A stretch of 64,000 nt of DNA from Octopus vulgaris (GCA_951406725.2 OX597822.1:70246001-70310000), one strand, 5' to 3'. Positions 25,706 to 40,716 are shown, counted from the first letter of the stretch. Notes: generated from the sequence alone by a model not told the origin. Numbers and translations: made by a program.

Positions 25706-26462
25706 TAAACTATGTTGCTGATGTTGCATTTCTCAAAAATAAGAGTATTCTTGTGAGTTCTTGTTTTGCTTTCCTTAGAATTCACTGAGTGATTGAAAGG
25801 AAAATTTCTAAGGGTTTTTTTTTCCCCCCTCATTTTCAATAATTCTACGATAGTTGAAAAATCTGGGAGATGTCATTTCTTCTGTGATCCAGTCGAAAAA
25901 AATCATCATCATTGTCATCAATATTGTGGATATCATCTTCATCATTCTCATATCATCATCACCATCATCATCATTATCAATCATTTTAAGGACCTTTTTT
26001 TCATGCTAGCATGGGTTGGTTGGCTGTCCAATATGTATTGAAAGTGTGTTTATAAGGATATATGTATGTCTTGACTAAATGGCATGCTCCAATGCCCAAA
26101 TATATAATATCTGTCTCTATTGGGTGCTTATATGCATGTGTATCCCTTCATCATCATCATTGACATCAATATCATCATCATCATCATCATCATCACTGTT
26201 CTGAGCTTCTTTGCAATTACATCTATTATAAATATGATCCAACGCCCATACAAATTTGATGGAGTGAATACAGTGGTTGAGTGTTAGACTAAATGTTTTA
26301 GCAGTCAGCTTTATACTTCTGTATTCTGAGTTCAAATCCCACTGATGCTGCCTTTACTCTTCATCCTCGATCCAGTTACTTCTCTAAATTTGTAGTCCTG
26401 TGCTGCTGATGTAGGAAACTATTCTGAAGACTGTCATCAGCACCATTATTTTGCTGTTACTC

Positions 26463-27018
26463 TGCCTAGCCATTGATGGAATTTCTAGCCAATAATGAAG
26501 TGCCTAACTAGTGATAGAATGCCTGGCTAATGATGGAGTGCCTAGCTAGCAATGGAGTGCTTAGCTAACAACAGGGTGCCTAGCTAATGATGAAGTGCCT
26601 AACTAATGATGGAGTGCCTAGCTAACAATGGAGTGCCTGGCTAACGATGGAGTGCCTGGCTAACGATGGAGTGCCTGGCTAACGATTGAGTGCCTGGCTA
26701 ACGATTGAGTGCCTAGCTAGCAACACAGTGCCTAGCTAATGATAGAGTGCCTTACTAATGATGTAGTGCCTTATTAATCATGGTGGAGTGCTTAGCTAAT
26801 GGTGGAATGCTTAGCTAATGGTGGAATGCTTAGCTAATGGTGAAATGCCTAGCTAATGGCAGAGTGCTCAGCTAATGATGGAGTGCTCAGCCAATGATGG
26901 AGTGCTCAGCCAGTGATGGTGTACCTAGCTGATGATGGAGTGCTCAGCCAATGATGGGGTGTGCTCAACTAACGACGGGGTTCCCAGCTAATGATGAGGT
27001 GCCTAGCCAATGATGGTG
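26463..27018. repeat. 19-bp minisatellite (ggagtgcct(a/g)gctaa(c/t)gat) x about 29
   Basis: Exact 19-nt period at 26630-26700 (ctaacgatggagtgcctgg), degenerate at the edges. Confidence 0.93.
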
Positions 27019-27944
27019 TCTCCAATCAACAGCAGAGTATCAAGCAGCTACATAGTTACTCAAGCTGCTAGAAACAATAGCTAAAAACTTATTCAAATCA
27101 TATACTATCTTAAAGACACATTGAATAACATAGTCTGGAATACACAGTGAATTTTAAAAATGTGTATCAGTCATGGTTGGAATGCCTGTAATCATATGTT
27201 TGTTTGATGAGGTTCAAATTGGAGTTAATCAACATCAATAGAGTATCATCTCCACCACTAACATCGTTGCTCTTACTATCCTCAACAGTGCTCGCCTCAT
27301 CTTCAATACTGTTACCGCTACCATTTCTTATAACATTATCACCAGTGTAGTAAAGATAAAGCTTCTGCCTGTAAGAATGTTGAACTTTTTAAATATCAGT
27401 AGAGAATTTACAACCCTATAATAATGTGAAAGGCACAAAGGGCTCAGTAAAACAATAAATCCTTTAATTTTACTAATTCAAAGCAATTAAACATAAATTA
27501 CTGTTTTGTGTGTGAAGGCTTGTACGTTTTGTTTAATTTTTTTTTTTTTTTTTTCCATATTGGTTTTTAAAGAATTAACCAGTGGGTGGTTTCAAATTTG
27601 AATCTCTTGATTGATCTGCTAGAAATAGCAATTAAATTTCTCTTGCCATCTTAATTAGTAATGAAGAGCATGTTTGATAATCTAAATCTTCTGGACCCCC
27701 CCCCCACACAAAAAAAGACACAAAATAAAGAAGAAGACAAACCAAATGAACATCATGTGCTGGTTGGTCATAGCTAAAAAATCCTTTGAGCACAGGTCTG
27801 CATGATTTGAGCTGACCCAAGGTCAGTTAGTCAGTCACCACTGTTGTCATCAACTACAACATCACTGCCACCACCTCCATTCTCACTACTCTCATAGTCA
27901 CTTTTATCAGTACCACTACTTTTCTTGGTTCCTTAATTCTTTTG

Positions 27945-28617
27945 CTTCCAACCAATCTGCCTGAGACCACCCCTGGTTCTATCGATACTAAAGTTTTAAC
28001 TCTTTTGTTACCATATTTCTTTTGAAATACACTGCTTTTTGTTTCAATTAATTTTGAAAATAACGAATAGCTTATTAATATAACTTTGTCTATATTAAGC
28101 TGGTATTTTGGAACATAAATTAATACGAAATTTTCATGAATGGTTTTACTTTAGATCACTTTTAAAACATGTTGTTTGTATCAAAGAACCGGAGATGGTT
28201 TGGGGTGGGTTGATATCTGAAAGGTTATTGTGATCTAAACTGAAAGTTTCCATTGGAATTTCATGTAAATCTATGTTCCAAACACCAGCTTAATAATGAT
28301 GGAGTTACTTTACTAAGTTCTTCCATTATCTTCAGAATTAATTGAAACAAAGCATCATCATCATCATTTAACATTCATTATCTATGCTGGCATGGGTTGG
28401 ACAGTTTGACCAGTGCTGGCAATCTGAGGGAGCTGCACCGGACTCCAGTCTGATTTGGCATGGTTTCTATGGCTGGCTGCTCTTCCTAATGCCAGCCACT
28501 TTACAGAGTGAGCTGGGTTTTTAATTTTTTTTTTTACATGGCACCAGCACTGGCTCCGCACTTGAAACAAAGCCTTTTTCAAAAAAAAAAAAAAAAAATG
28601 GTAACAAAAGGCTTAAA
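27945..28617. mobile_element. Nested TTAA-type MITEs (working name P2): outer copy interrupted by an inverted inner copy (about 27996-28227) and by a family-A element (about 28353-28590)
   Basis: Outer pieces (accaatctgcctgagacc / gatctaaac...gttccaaacaccagcttaataatga / ggtaacaaaaggcttaa) are colinear with the uninterrupted copy at 56203-56430; the inner copy is its reverse complement. Confidence 0.7.
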
Positions 28618-29173
28618 GTTACCACCACCACCACCAAACTCCATTTCTGCCACCATGTCATTAATACCACCATCATCACCACCCCTCAACATCATCATCA
28701 ATTAACGTCTATTCTCCATGCTGGCATGGGTTAGATGGTTTGACTGAAAACTGGTAAGCTGGGGGAGCTGCACCAGGTTTCAATCTAATTTGGCATGGTT
28801 TCTACAGCTGGATGCTCTTCCTAATGCCAATCACTCCAAGAGTCTAGTGGGTGTTTTCTATGTGCCAACCGGCATGGGTACCAGTTACATAACACTGGCA
28901 TTGGCCATGACTATAACCTCACTCGGTTTGACAGGTCTTTTCAAGCGCAGTGTATCACCAAAGGTCTTGGTCACTTGTCATGTCTATACCTCAGCCTGTC
29001 ATAGTTATGACTATATTTACCTCCATTGATTTATTTTTGTTTCTATTCTCCATTTCCACAATGTCTTTTATTCCTGAGAGAATCTTATCCCCTTTTATGC
29101 CTTGTCACTTACTCTCCATTTTTGGTGATGTTTAGATAGTTCCTAAATGTGCACATGTATGCTTATGTGTATA

Positions 29174-29477
29174 CAGTAATCACTCAACTATCCTGGGTGT
29201 TACGTTCCAAACCCCTGCGACAGGTGAAAATCCATGGAGTTGGAACCGTACTGTACTCTCTCTCTCTTTCTCGTTTACTTGTTTCAGTCATTTGACTGCG
29301 GCCATGCTGGAGCACCACCTTTAGTTGAGCAAATTGACCCCGGGACTTATTCTTTGGAAGCCTAGTACTTATTCTATCGGTCTTTTTTGCCGAACCACTA
29401 AGTTACGGGGACGTAAACACACCACCATCGATTGTCAAGTGATATTGGGGGGGACAAACACAGACACTCAAACATAT

Positions 29478-29528
<51 letters not shown>

Positions 29529-29821
29529 CATACAATGGGCTTCTTTCAGTTTCCGTCTACCAAATCCACTCACAAGGCTTTGGTCGGCCTGAGGCTATAG
29601 TAGAAGACACTTTCCCAAGGTGCCAGAATGAACCCAGAACCATGTGGTTGGTAAGCAAGCTACTTACCACACAGCCACTCCTGCGCCTGTATATATTTTT
29701 TATTTTTGTAATTTGTGTATACTTATTTTATTATAAATGCAAAGCAACACCATGGAGGAATCCATGTAAGCTTAAATAATAAACCACAATAGGTGAACCA
29801 TGATAAGGTGCGGGATTACTG
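29174..29821. mobile_element. Tc1/mariner (pogo/Tigger-like) MITE interrupted by a family-D SINE (about 29270-29690, minus strand)
   Basis: ta|cagtaatc at the left end and gattactg|tt at the right end form short terminal inverted repeats; full SINE inside. Confidence 0.55.
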
Positions 29822-29927
29822 TTTTTGTAAGAGGTCGTGGGGTGGGGAGTGAACGGTATATGTTTTGTTCATTTTTGTCTGAGTTGTAGCTGTTGTACAT
29901 TTGAATCAGGTTTAAGGGTCCTATTTT

Positions 29928-30322
29928 CATTTGTTACTGGTTTCAGTCATTTGACTGTGGCCATGCTGGGGCGCCACCTTGAAGGGTATTAACCAAACAA
30001 ATTGACTCCCATATACATTTTAAAAGTCTGGTACTCTTTCTCTAAGTTTCTTTTGCTGAACTGTTTAGTCATAGGGGTGTAAACAAACTGGCACCGGTCG
30101 TCAAGTGGTGTGTGTGGGTGTGACAAACAGACAGATCTCCACACACACATAGATGCATAAATGTATGTATGACAGGCTTATGCCCAGTTTCTGTCTACTG
30201 TATCCATTCACAAGGTATCAGTTGACCTAGGGCTATAGCAGATGACACTTGCGCAGGGTTCTGCACATTGGGACTGAACCCAAAACCTTGTGGTTGCAAA
30301 ACAAACTTCTTAACTGCACAGC
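29928..30322 (-). mobile_element. Family-D SINE
   Basis: tttcagtcatttgactgtggccatgctgg...gggactgaaccc. Confidence 0.8.
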
Positions 30323-31048
30323 GGAAGGATTTTCTACAAGTGTCAACGCATGGGTTATAAGGAAGCTGCTAGGACCCTATTTTGTGGGCGAATGATTGTT
30401 GCCTTCTTTTTGGGGCACAGGATGGTGTTGTTTAGCCCCTGTCTTTATTTATTAGTATCACTTTGAACTTTATTTTTATCAACATCATTGCCACAGTCCA
30501 CGGCAATATCAGTAACTAAGCAATGAGGAAGGAGACTCTGTGCTAGAAAATAATAGCCAAACCTCCCTTAAATCCCATGATACGTTTTTAAACGATGATA
30601 GACACATGGGACAAATGTAGTCGTTGATATAGCCTTTGATTTATAATCCCGTATAATCAGGACTGACCTGGAGCTAAACAGAAACAATTGCCACAATGAT
30701 ATCAGTGTTTTTATTGATTCTGGAATTAATTAATTTCAGCTTTCGTTGTGCTCAAGTTTTGCTTTGAATTTGAGAAAACCAATATTTAAATATTTTAAGA
30801 AGGAATTTTGACTGATCATTGATGTCACTTCTCTGAGAATTTCAGTTAATTTAGGCAATGGTTTACTTTTGGCAAAATATAACTGTATCTTTCAAAATCT
30901 CTCCTGTTTATTTTTTGTTTCTCTCCATGCCTTCTCACACTTTTGACACATTCCACTCATTGATTTCTTTGGTTTACAGACGAATTTAATATTATTGTCT
31001 TTCTAACAAATATTCTGTGAAATTAACTGTATACTTCTTTTTGGACAG

Positions 31049-31137
31049 GTGTATCCAATAATGCTACTCCTGCTGCAGCTCAAGCTCTGAGTAACGACCA
31101 GCACAACCAAGGCATGTTGCGTGCCCAAAGACCTGAG
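31049..31137 (+). CDS. MAP4K4: MAP4K4/msn exon K: (S)VSNNATPAAAQALSNDQHNQGMLRAQRPE, phase 1 to 0
   Basis: ggacag|GT acceptor and GAG|gtaatt donor; 89 nt; phase bridges exon J to exon L and yields RPE|DLD as in misshapen-type proteins. Confidence 0.85.
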
Positions 31138-32200
31138 GTAATTTTAAACATTTACCCTACTTTTTTTTTTTATTTCATGCAATTGTAATGTCTAGCTTGT
31201 TCTGTTAATTCCGTCTGAACTTATTTGTTAGTATACAGAGGACCATACTTTCATATTAGTGTAGAGCAGACCACATTACTACAGTGGAAAAGGGAAAAAC
31301 TACACTCCTGTGTAAAGCAACTGAGAAAAAATTTAGGGTTCCCAAGCTACTGAGATGAGGTATGGAACTCGATATTCAGTTGTCATACAGACAAATGACA
31401 TATACTATTTACTTTTTTTACAGATAACTGATTGTCACTTATTTGAGGAAACCATTGTTTTACATTCTGTTGCTATTCATAAATTTAACGCAAATTATAT
31501 TTTATTCTCTACTTTCAAAAATAGGGAAAATATAAGCCTTAAAAGTGCAAGGTATTGAAATTTGGTTATGGGGTTAAATTTAATAGCCCTCTCTCCCACC
31601 TTGATTATCCCAATAAAATTATTAATAGTTTATCTCAAAAATGTATGCTTGACCAAGCAATTAAATTTTTTTATCTTAAACTTAAAAAGCATGCATAAAA
31701 AAAGCATGCATAAGTTTATATAATCTTTACTCTGAAAGTAAACGCAAGTTTTTTTTTTCTTTAAGTTTAAATTAAAAATTTAAAATAAAGGTAGACCAAA
31801 AGCAAGATGGCTGAATAATATCCATAGTCAGGCTTGAGAACTCAGCAGGAAAATGTAATGATAGTTGCTTTTGATAAGACCCTATAGAGGAGATGTCTGA
31901 GGACTCTATCCTTACAACCCTCCCAGGAATAGTAAATAGTGAAAATGTATTGATGGAGTGTAAACTTATTGGATATAACACATGAATTTTTAAATCTCCC
32001 CTGCACTACAGAAATATCGTGTTCCTGAAAGTTTTCCTTTAATAAGGAGTTTTATAATATGAAACCAATTTCCTCAGACTTCGCCGTTGTGCTGGAAGCA
32101 GTGAACATGGACTTTAATGAGAAAGTTCATTTTGGGCTATGAAACTCTGAATTACAACAAGGTTTTCGGGAGTGTAATGCTTTACAATACATGATGGATG

Positions 32201-32675
32201 CATCATCCTCATCATCATCATCATCGTTTAACGTCCGTTCTCCATGCTAGCATGGGTTGGACGGTTTGACCGGGGATCTGGGAAGCCAGAAGGCTGCACC
32301 AGGCTCCAGTCTTATCTGGCAGTGTTTCTACAGCTGGATGCCCTTCCTAACGCCAACCACTCCGTGAGTGTAGTGGGTGCTTTTTACGTGCCACCTGCAC
32401 AGGTGCCAGGCGAGGCTGGCAACGGCCACGGTCGGATTGGTGTATTTTATGTGCCACCGGCACGGAAGCCAGACGAGGCGGTGCTGGCATCGGCCACGAG
32501 TCGGATAGTGCTTTTTACGTACCACCAGACCAGGGATCCTGGCTGGTTCAATTCGATTTCGATTTCGCTTGCCCCAACATGTCTTCGCAAGCAAGGGGGT
32601 TGGCATGGGTGCCTGTCGTACGGTCAGATTGGTGTATTTTACGTGCCACCGGCACGGAAGCCAGTGGAGGCGGCG
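32201..32675 (-). mobile_element. Family-A RTE-type 3' end, CpG-rich (probably young) with four internal modules
   Basis: (cat)n-cgtttaacgtccgttctccatgctagcatggg; many intact CpGs. Confidence 0.85.
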
Positions 32676-34061
32676 TATTTAAAATTTGATTTACAATGTT
32701 AAAAGCAATATATACTGAAATATATATATTTTTAAATGATCCCATAATTCATTTCTTCGTATGTATATTATTTTTAAGTAGATATCTATTCTTTTTAAGT
32801 GTATGTATGATGTTCATGTTAATATGGACGTAGAATATAAATGGGTAGGAAAAGAGGATCCACGAATGAAATTGATTGGAAAAGTATGACTAAGAAGAGA
32901 AGATTGCCTAAGGTAGAAATAGAAATAAGATATCTTTAATTATTCAATTCATGACATTAAAAAATAAATTACAAATTTATGATGACAGTGATTGTTTCCC
33001 ATTTTAGTTCAGCCATTTGATAGTAGATAGTCTTGTATGTACATTTACTTGTACATACAGTTAGTTAAAGATCTGGTTAATAATTCATATAGTTTTTAGA
33101 AGCTACCATTCATTGAGCATTTATGTTATTTTGTCATATTTTTGCGTTATTTTATATTTTTTTTTTATTTAAATGCTGTCTATCAAATTCTGATTCAGCC
33201 GTTTTTGTAGACTGACATATTTACAGTAAATCAAGAGTTGTCTCCCTTATATTGATTTCTTTATCAAATCGTTGCGCTGAGTCCACTTTGTGAAATTGAC
33301 GAGCCCTTATTCGCGACAATCATCCAGTTTTGACAGGGATTTACTGATGACAGCTTTTCAACCAGCTTTCCACTGAAACTAAATAACGTTGTTTTTAATG
33401 CAAGAGTTAGAGGTTCGCTTTCTGCGAAAGACTTAACGATTGGTTTCATTACGTCTTTTTATTTTAGTGACGTGTACGTGATTTATTGTGAAAATAAATA
33501 TCTCCAGAAATTAGATTTATAGTTTTCCAAGTGTAAGTTACATTAGGAAAAAAAAAAAAAAAAAAAAAAGAAAGGATATATGAGGTGCGCGCGCGCACAT
33601 ACAGTACTAACATATGTTTTCTGTATCATATATTGTATGCATCACTCACATACACACACATATATTAGTGTGGGTGTGTATATCATCATCATCATCACCA
33701 ACATCGTCATACGTCCAAATTCCATGCTGGCATGGGTTGGACGACTTGATTATCTGTTTTAGTTTGGTTGCTACAGCTGGATGCCCTTCCTAACACTATG
33801 CATGCACACACACACACACACACGATTTTACCATCCACTTTACTATGCTTGTATGTGTCGGAGGGGTTTTATTGAAGCAGATCTTCTATGCCCTAACAGG
33901 TTTTCTACTTCCAGCTCCTAGGAAGCTATATATATATCTCCGTAACCAAACTTATTTTCATGGGAGACTAGCAACAAAGAACATTGCCTCTATGACAGTG
34001 CCATTAATTACATCTACACATACAGATATATCTGTATCTCATTCTTTTACTTTTATTCTTC

Positions 34062-34342
34062 TATTTTACTTGTTTCAGTCATGTGACTGTGGCCATGCTG
34101 GAGCACCGCCTTTAGTCGAGCAAATCGACCCCAGGGCTTATTCTTTGTAAGCCTAGTACTTATTCTATTGGTCTCTTTCGCCGAACCGCTAAATTACGGG
34201 GACATAAACACACCAGCATCGGTTGTCAATTGATGTTGGGTGGGGCAAACACAGACACGCAAAAACACACACACATACACACACACACACACATACGACG
34301 GGCTTCTTCCAGTTTCCGTCTACCAAATCCACTCACAAGGCT
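34062..34342 (-). mobile_element. Family-D SINE, 5'-truncated
   Basis: Same sequence as 17028-17420, ending at ccactcacaaggct. Confidence 0.85.
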
Positions 34343-35533
34343 ATATTTCATATATATTTATATTTTATATATATAAAATTGTAGTCTGTGTGTATGTGCA
34401 TGTGCATGAATATGTGTGTGTATACATATATATATATATATATATATAAAAACTGACACTCTGTCAATTAGTTTGACAAGGGTTCCAGTTGATCTAATCA
34501 ATGGAACAGCCTGCTTGTGAAATTAGAGTGCGAGTGGCTGAGTACACCACAAACATGCACATACCCTTAATGTAGATCTTAGGGAGATTTAGCATGACAC
34601 AAAATGCGACAAAGCTGGCCCTCTGAATTAAATGTACAACTCGTTTTTGCCAGCTGAGTGGACTGGAGCAATGTGAAATAAAGGGCCCTGCTAAAGGCCA
34701 CAACGTGCTGCTTGGAACCGAACTCACAACCTTACTATCATGAGCTGAATACCCTCAATACTAGGCCACATGCCTTCATATATATACATATACACACATC
34801 ATCATCATTGTGTGTGTGTGTTATATCATCTACATTGTTTATTTTGAGGCACAAGTTTCAGGGTTGGATGCTCTTGCTGTCACCTATCCCACTTGTTTCC
34901 AAGTAAGGTAATAATCTCTTAAGTCTGTTGAGCAACAAAAAACCTGGGCATGTTTTATGGAGCAATAGAAACAGATGTCACAAGTTGAATGAGTCTTTTG
35001 TTCACAGAGAGCATACAGTGTACCAAGTCATGTGAAGAAATGCTTTCTTGGTGGACTTCAATCAAACAACACTGAGTAGAAAGCAAATGGCACTCATACT
35101 AGTAACACATGAAAGCAGCCGTTACGCTCCCGGTTGGTGTTAGGAAGGGCATCCAGGCGTAGAAAACCATGACAAACCAGACTGGAGTTTGGTGCAGCCT
35201 TTCAGGGTGCCAACCCAGTGAAACCATCTGACCCTTGCCAGCATGGACAATGGACGTTAAATGATGATGATAAGATGATACACGCACATGTATGTGTACG
35301 CGCGCATGCGCGCGCACACACACATGCACACACATGCACACACATACACACATACACAAATGGAGTTGTTGGTGCTATGAAGGGCATCCAGCTGTCGAAA
35401 CCTTGCCAGATCAGATGGGAGCCTAGTGCAGCCTCCCAGTTTGCCAGTCTTCAGCCAAATCGTCCAATCCATACCAGCATGGAAAGTGGACGTTAAATTA
35501 TGATGATGATGATGATGATAATGATGCTGATGG

Positions 35534-35576
<43 letters not shown>

Positions 35577-36214
35577 GTATGTATATATATGTGTATATAT
35601 ATGTATATATATGTATATGTATATGCATATGTTCGTGCGTCTGTGCTTGTCCTCCCACCATTGCTTGACAACCGATGTTGGTGTGTTTACATCCCTGGAA
35701 CTTAATGGTTCAGCAAAAGAGGCCAATAGAATAAGTTTCTAGGTTTACAAAGAATAAGTCCTGGGGTTGATTTCTTTGATTAAAGGCAGTGCTTCAGCAT
35801 GACCACAGTGTCGTAAGTCGAAAATGTTGCATTTTCAGAAAAAAAAAAAAAGAAATAGTTTCAACATTGCATAGCAGAGCTGCTGGACTCCAATTTGACA
35901 ATTGTTGATGGTTTGGCATCTGAAGCAGCTGGACATAGGATAGTTTGACCAAAAGAACTGGCTATTGCAAGTAAAAATAAATATTAAAAAAAACCCGTTT
36001 GGCCAAATTTGGAAATATGACAGTTTAACGTAATAGCAACTCTATATATATACATATATATATATATATGTATGTGTATATATATATATGTATGTATGTA
36101 TGTATATCAAAATAAGCAACTAGGATTTTGATTTTTATCACCTTACTTTGAAATTGTATGGATAATACCATACTAAATTCTGGTGTCTCAACTTAAGTAC
36201 AATATTCATCTGAA

Positions 36215-36238
36215 TCTATATATATACATACACATATG

Positions 36239-36272
<34 letters not shown>

Positions 36273-36524
36273 TGTATGTATGTATGTATGTATGTATGTA
36301 TGTGTGTGTGTATGTACATCTGTGTGTGTGTGTGTGTATGTACATCTGTGTGTGTGTGTGTGTGTATGTACATCTATGTGTGTGTATGTATGTACATCTA
36401 TGTGTGTGTGTGTATATATATCTATGTGTGTGTATATATATCTATGTGTGTGTATGTATATATATATGTGTGTGTGTGTATATATGTATATATATATATG
36501 TGTATATATATGTATATATATGTA

Positions 36525-36572
<48 letters not shown>
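36215..36572. repeat. (TATG)n/(TG)n/(TA)n microsatellite
   Basis: Direct reading. Confidence 0.95.
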
Positions 36573-36576
<4 letters not shown>

Positions 36577-36903
36577 ACCGGCACAGGTGCCAGTAAGGCG
36601 ACGCTGGTAACCATTCAAGTGTGATTGTTACCAGCGTCACCTTCCTGGCACCTGTGCCGGTGGCATGTTTAAAAAGATTCGAGCAAGGTCGTCGCCTGTA
36701 CTGCCTGACTATCCCCCGTGCTAGTGGCACGTAAAAGCACCCTCTACACTCTCAGAGTGGTTGGCATTAGGAAGGGCATCCAGCTGTAGAAACTCTGCCA
36801 AATCAAGATTGGAGCCTGGTGCAGCTATCTGGTTCGCCAGCCCTCAGTCAAATCGTCCAACCTGTGCTAGCATGGAAAGCGGATGTTAAACGATTATGAT
36901 GAT
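36573..36903 (+). mobile_element. Family-A RTE-type 3' end
   Basis: gcatggaaagcggatgttaaacgattatgatgat tail. Confidence 0.8.
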
Positions 36904-37457
36904 GTATATACGTATTTATGTATATATGTATTTATGTATACATGTTTATATATATATATGTATATGTATATATGTATTTATATATGTATATATGTATGTG
37001 TATATATATATATACATACATACATGCTCACATACACTTATACAATATGTATATGCACTTGCACACACACACACACACACATGTACACAGAAACACACAC
37101 ATAACCTCACGCATGTATGCACGCACATACTACACATACATATATATATATCGTATATTCTTTGTAGAATATTTTAAATTTTATTGTCAGTGTAATCTAC
37201 TCTTTGGCAAACTATAAATCTACAAATATAATTCATAATAAATGTCTTTGTTGATACATTTTTCATAATGCTTCAGCCATACTCCAGTGAAATACAGAGA
37301 TGAAATGAAGTCAGTTGTTAGCCTTTCATGGAAAGTAAACCAACAAAATTTCCTTCTGCATATCCTAACTATTTATGGTGTGCGGCTATGTGTGTTAGCG
37401 CACATGTGTATACACACACACACACACATATATGCGTTTGTTTATATATATATATAT

Positions 37458-37840
37458 AGGCGCAGGAGTGGCTGTGTGGTATGTAGCTTGCTTACCAACC
37501 ACATAGTTCCTGGTTCATTCCCACTGCATGGCACCCTGGGAAAGTGTCTTCTACTATAGCCTCGGGCCGAACAAAGCTTTGTAAGTGGATTTGGTAGATG
37601 GAAACTAAAAGAAACCCGTCGTATATATATATATATATATAGCTATATGTATGTATGTGTGTGTGTGTGTGTGTGTATATGTTTGTGTGTCTGTGTTTGT
37701 AAAAGCTGTTTGGCAAAAGAGACTGCTAGAATAAGTACTAGGCTTTCAAAGAATAAGTCCTGGGGTCGATTTGCTCGACTAAAGGCAGTGCTCCAGCATG
37801 GCTGCAGTCAAATGACTGAAACAAGTAAAGAAGAGTAAAA
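37458..37840 (+). mobile_element. Family-D SINE
   Basis: aggcgcaggagtggctgtgtgg head to aaatgactgaaacaagtaaa tail. Confidence 0.88.
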
Positions 37841-38038
37841 GTGAATATATTATATATATATGCATGCACACATATATTTGTAGGTATGTATAGATATATA
37901 TGCATATGTGTGTGCATCTATATAGAGATTCACTCATAAATATGTCTATGTATACATACATACATACTTACATATGCATATGCTTATATGTGTATGCATC
38001 TATTTATACATTCATTCATAAATATATGAGTATATATG

Positions 38039-38105
<67 letters not shown>

Positions 38106-38241
38106 GTATATGTATGTATGTATGTGTGTATATATGTATGTATGTGTGTATATGTGTGTGTGGGTGTATATGAGTGCAACTCTATAGACATTTGCTCATA
38201 TATATCCAAGTGTGTGTGCGTGGACGTGTGTGTGTGTATCA

Positions 38242-38281
<40 letters not shown>

Positions 38282-38744
38282 GCGTTGACTCATAGATATG
38301 TGTATGTTTACATACATATATCTATGTTTACATACGTATATGTATACACATGTATGTTTGTGTGTGTGCATATATTCAAAATATCAAAGCCTGTTCTTGA
38401 TATAGTCACGATATTTGAAGGGGAGTGTGTGGGGGAGGGAACAAAACCTTTAAAAATTAAAAATAATCTGAAAACTCTACAATAAAAAAAAACACACACC
38501 CCCTTCCCCCAGAAAAAAAAACACACACACACATGAAAAGGAAATAGATTAACAACAAATCTGTTTTAATCTGTTTTGTTTAAAGATCTTGTGCTTTTCG
38601 ATAGTTATTAATTTTTGAAGAAATTTGTTTCAAATATATACATTTTTGAGTGACAAAGGATGTTTGAGATATAAAGAAAAAGGTATATATATATATATTT
38701 TTTTATACACACACACACACATATGCTAGTCTAGCTTGAAGGAT

Positions 38745-40340
<1,596 letters not shown>

Positions 40341-40464
40341 AAACTGAAATGCGTTTTTACCGCTTCACAAGTGCCATTTGTGTGATACCAGTATCTGCCT
40401 ATGATTATGATTTTGGTTGGTTTGGTGTGTCTTCTTCTCAAGCATGACGTATTGTCAAAGGCCT

Positions 40465-40635
40465 CGGTCATTGCTTCCAGAGGCCCAACACTTGAAAGGA
40501 ACTCAGCCACGTTGCCTCTGTGAGGCCCAATGCTGAAAAGGAACTTGGCCACTTTGCCTCCATGAGGCCAAATGCGCGAAAGGAACTTGGCCACTTTACC
40601 TCTGTGAGGCCCAATACTCGAATGTCAGCCACTTT
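40465..40635 (-). repeat. 42-bp tandem repeat x4 derived from an RTE ORF end
   Basis: aggcc(c/a)aa at 40481, 40523, 40565 and 40607; minus strand reads repeated xLGLTEA. Confidence 0.8.
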
Positions 40636-40684
40636 ACAGAGTGTCCCCATTACTCTGTAGAGAACATAGGACTGGTATCTCTGT

Positions 40685-40716
<32 letters not shown>

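Noticed and set aside
31790-32180. Unique-looking sequence with ORF 31772..31981 (-)
   Set aside because: No recognisable motif or splice-compatible frame; cannot be assigned from sequence alone.
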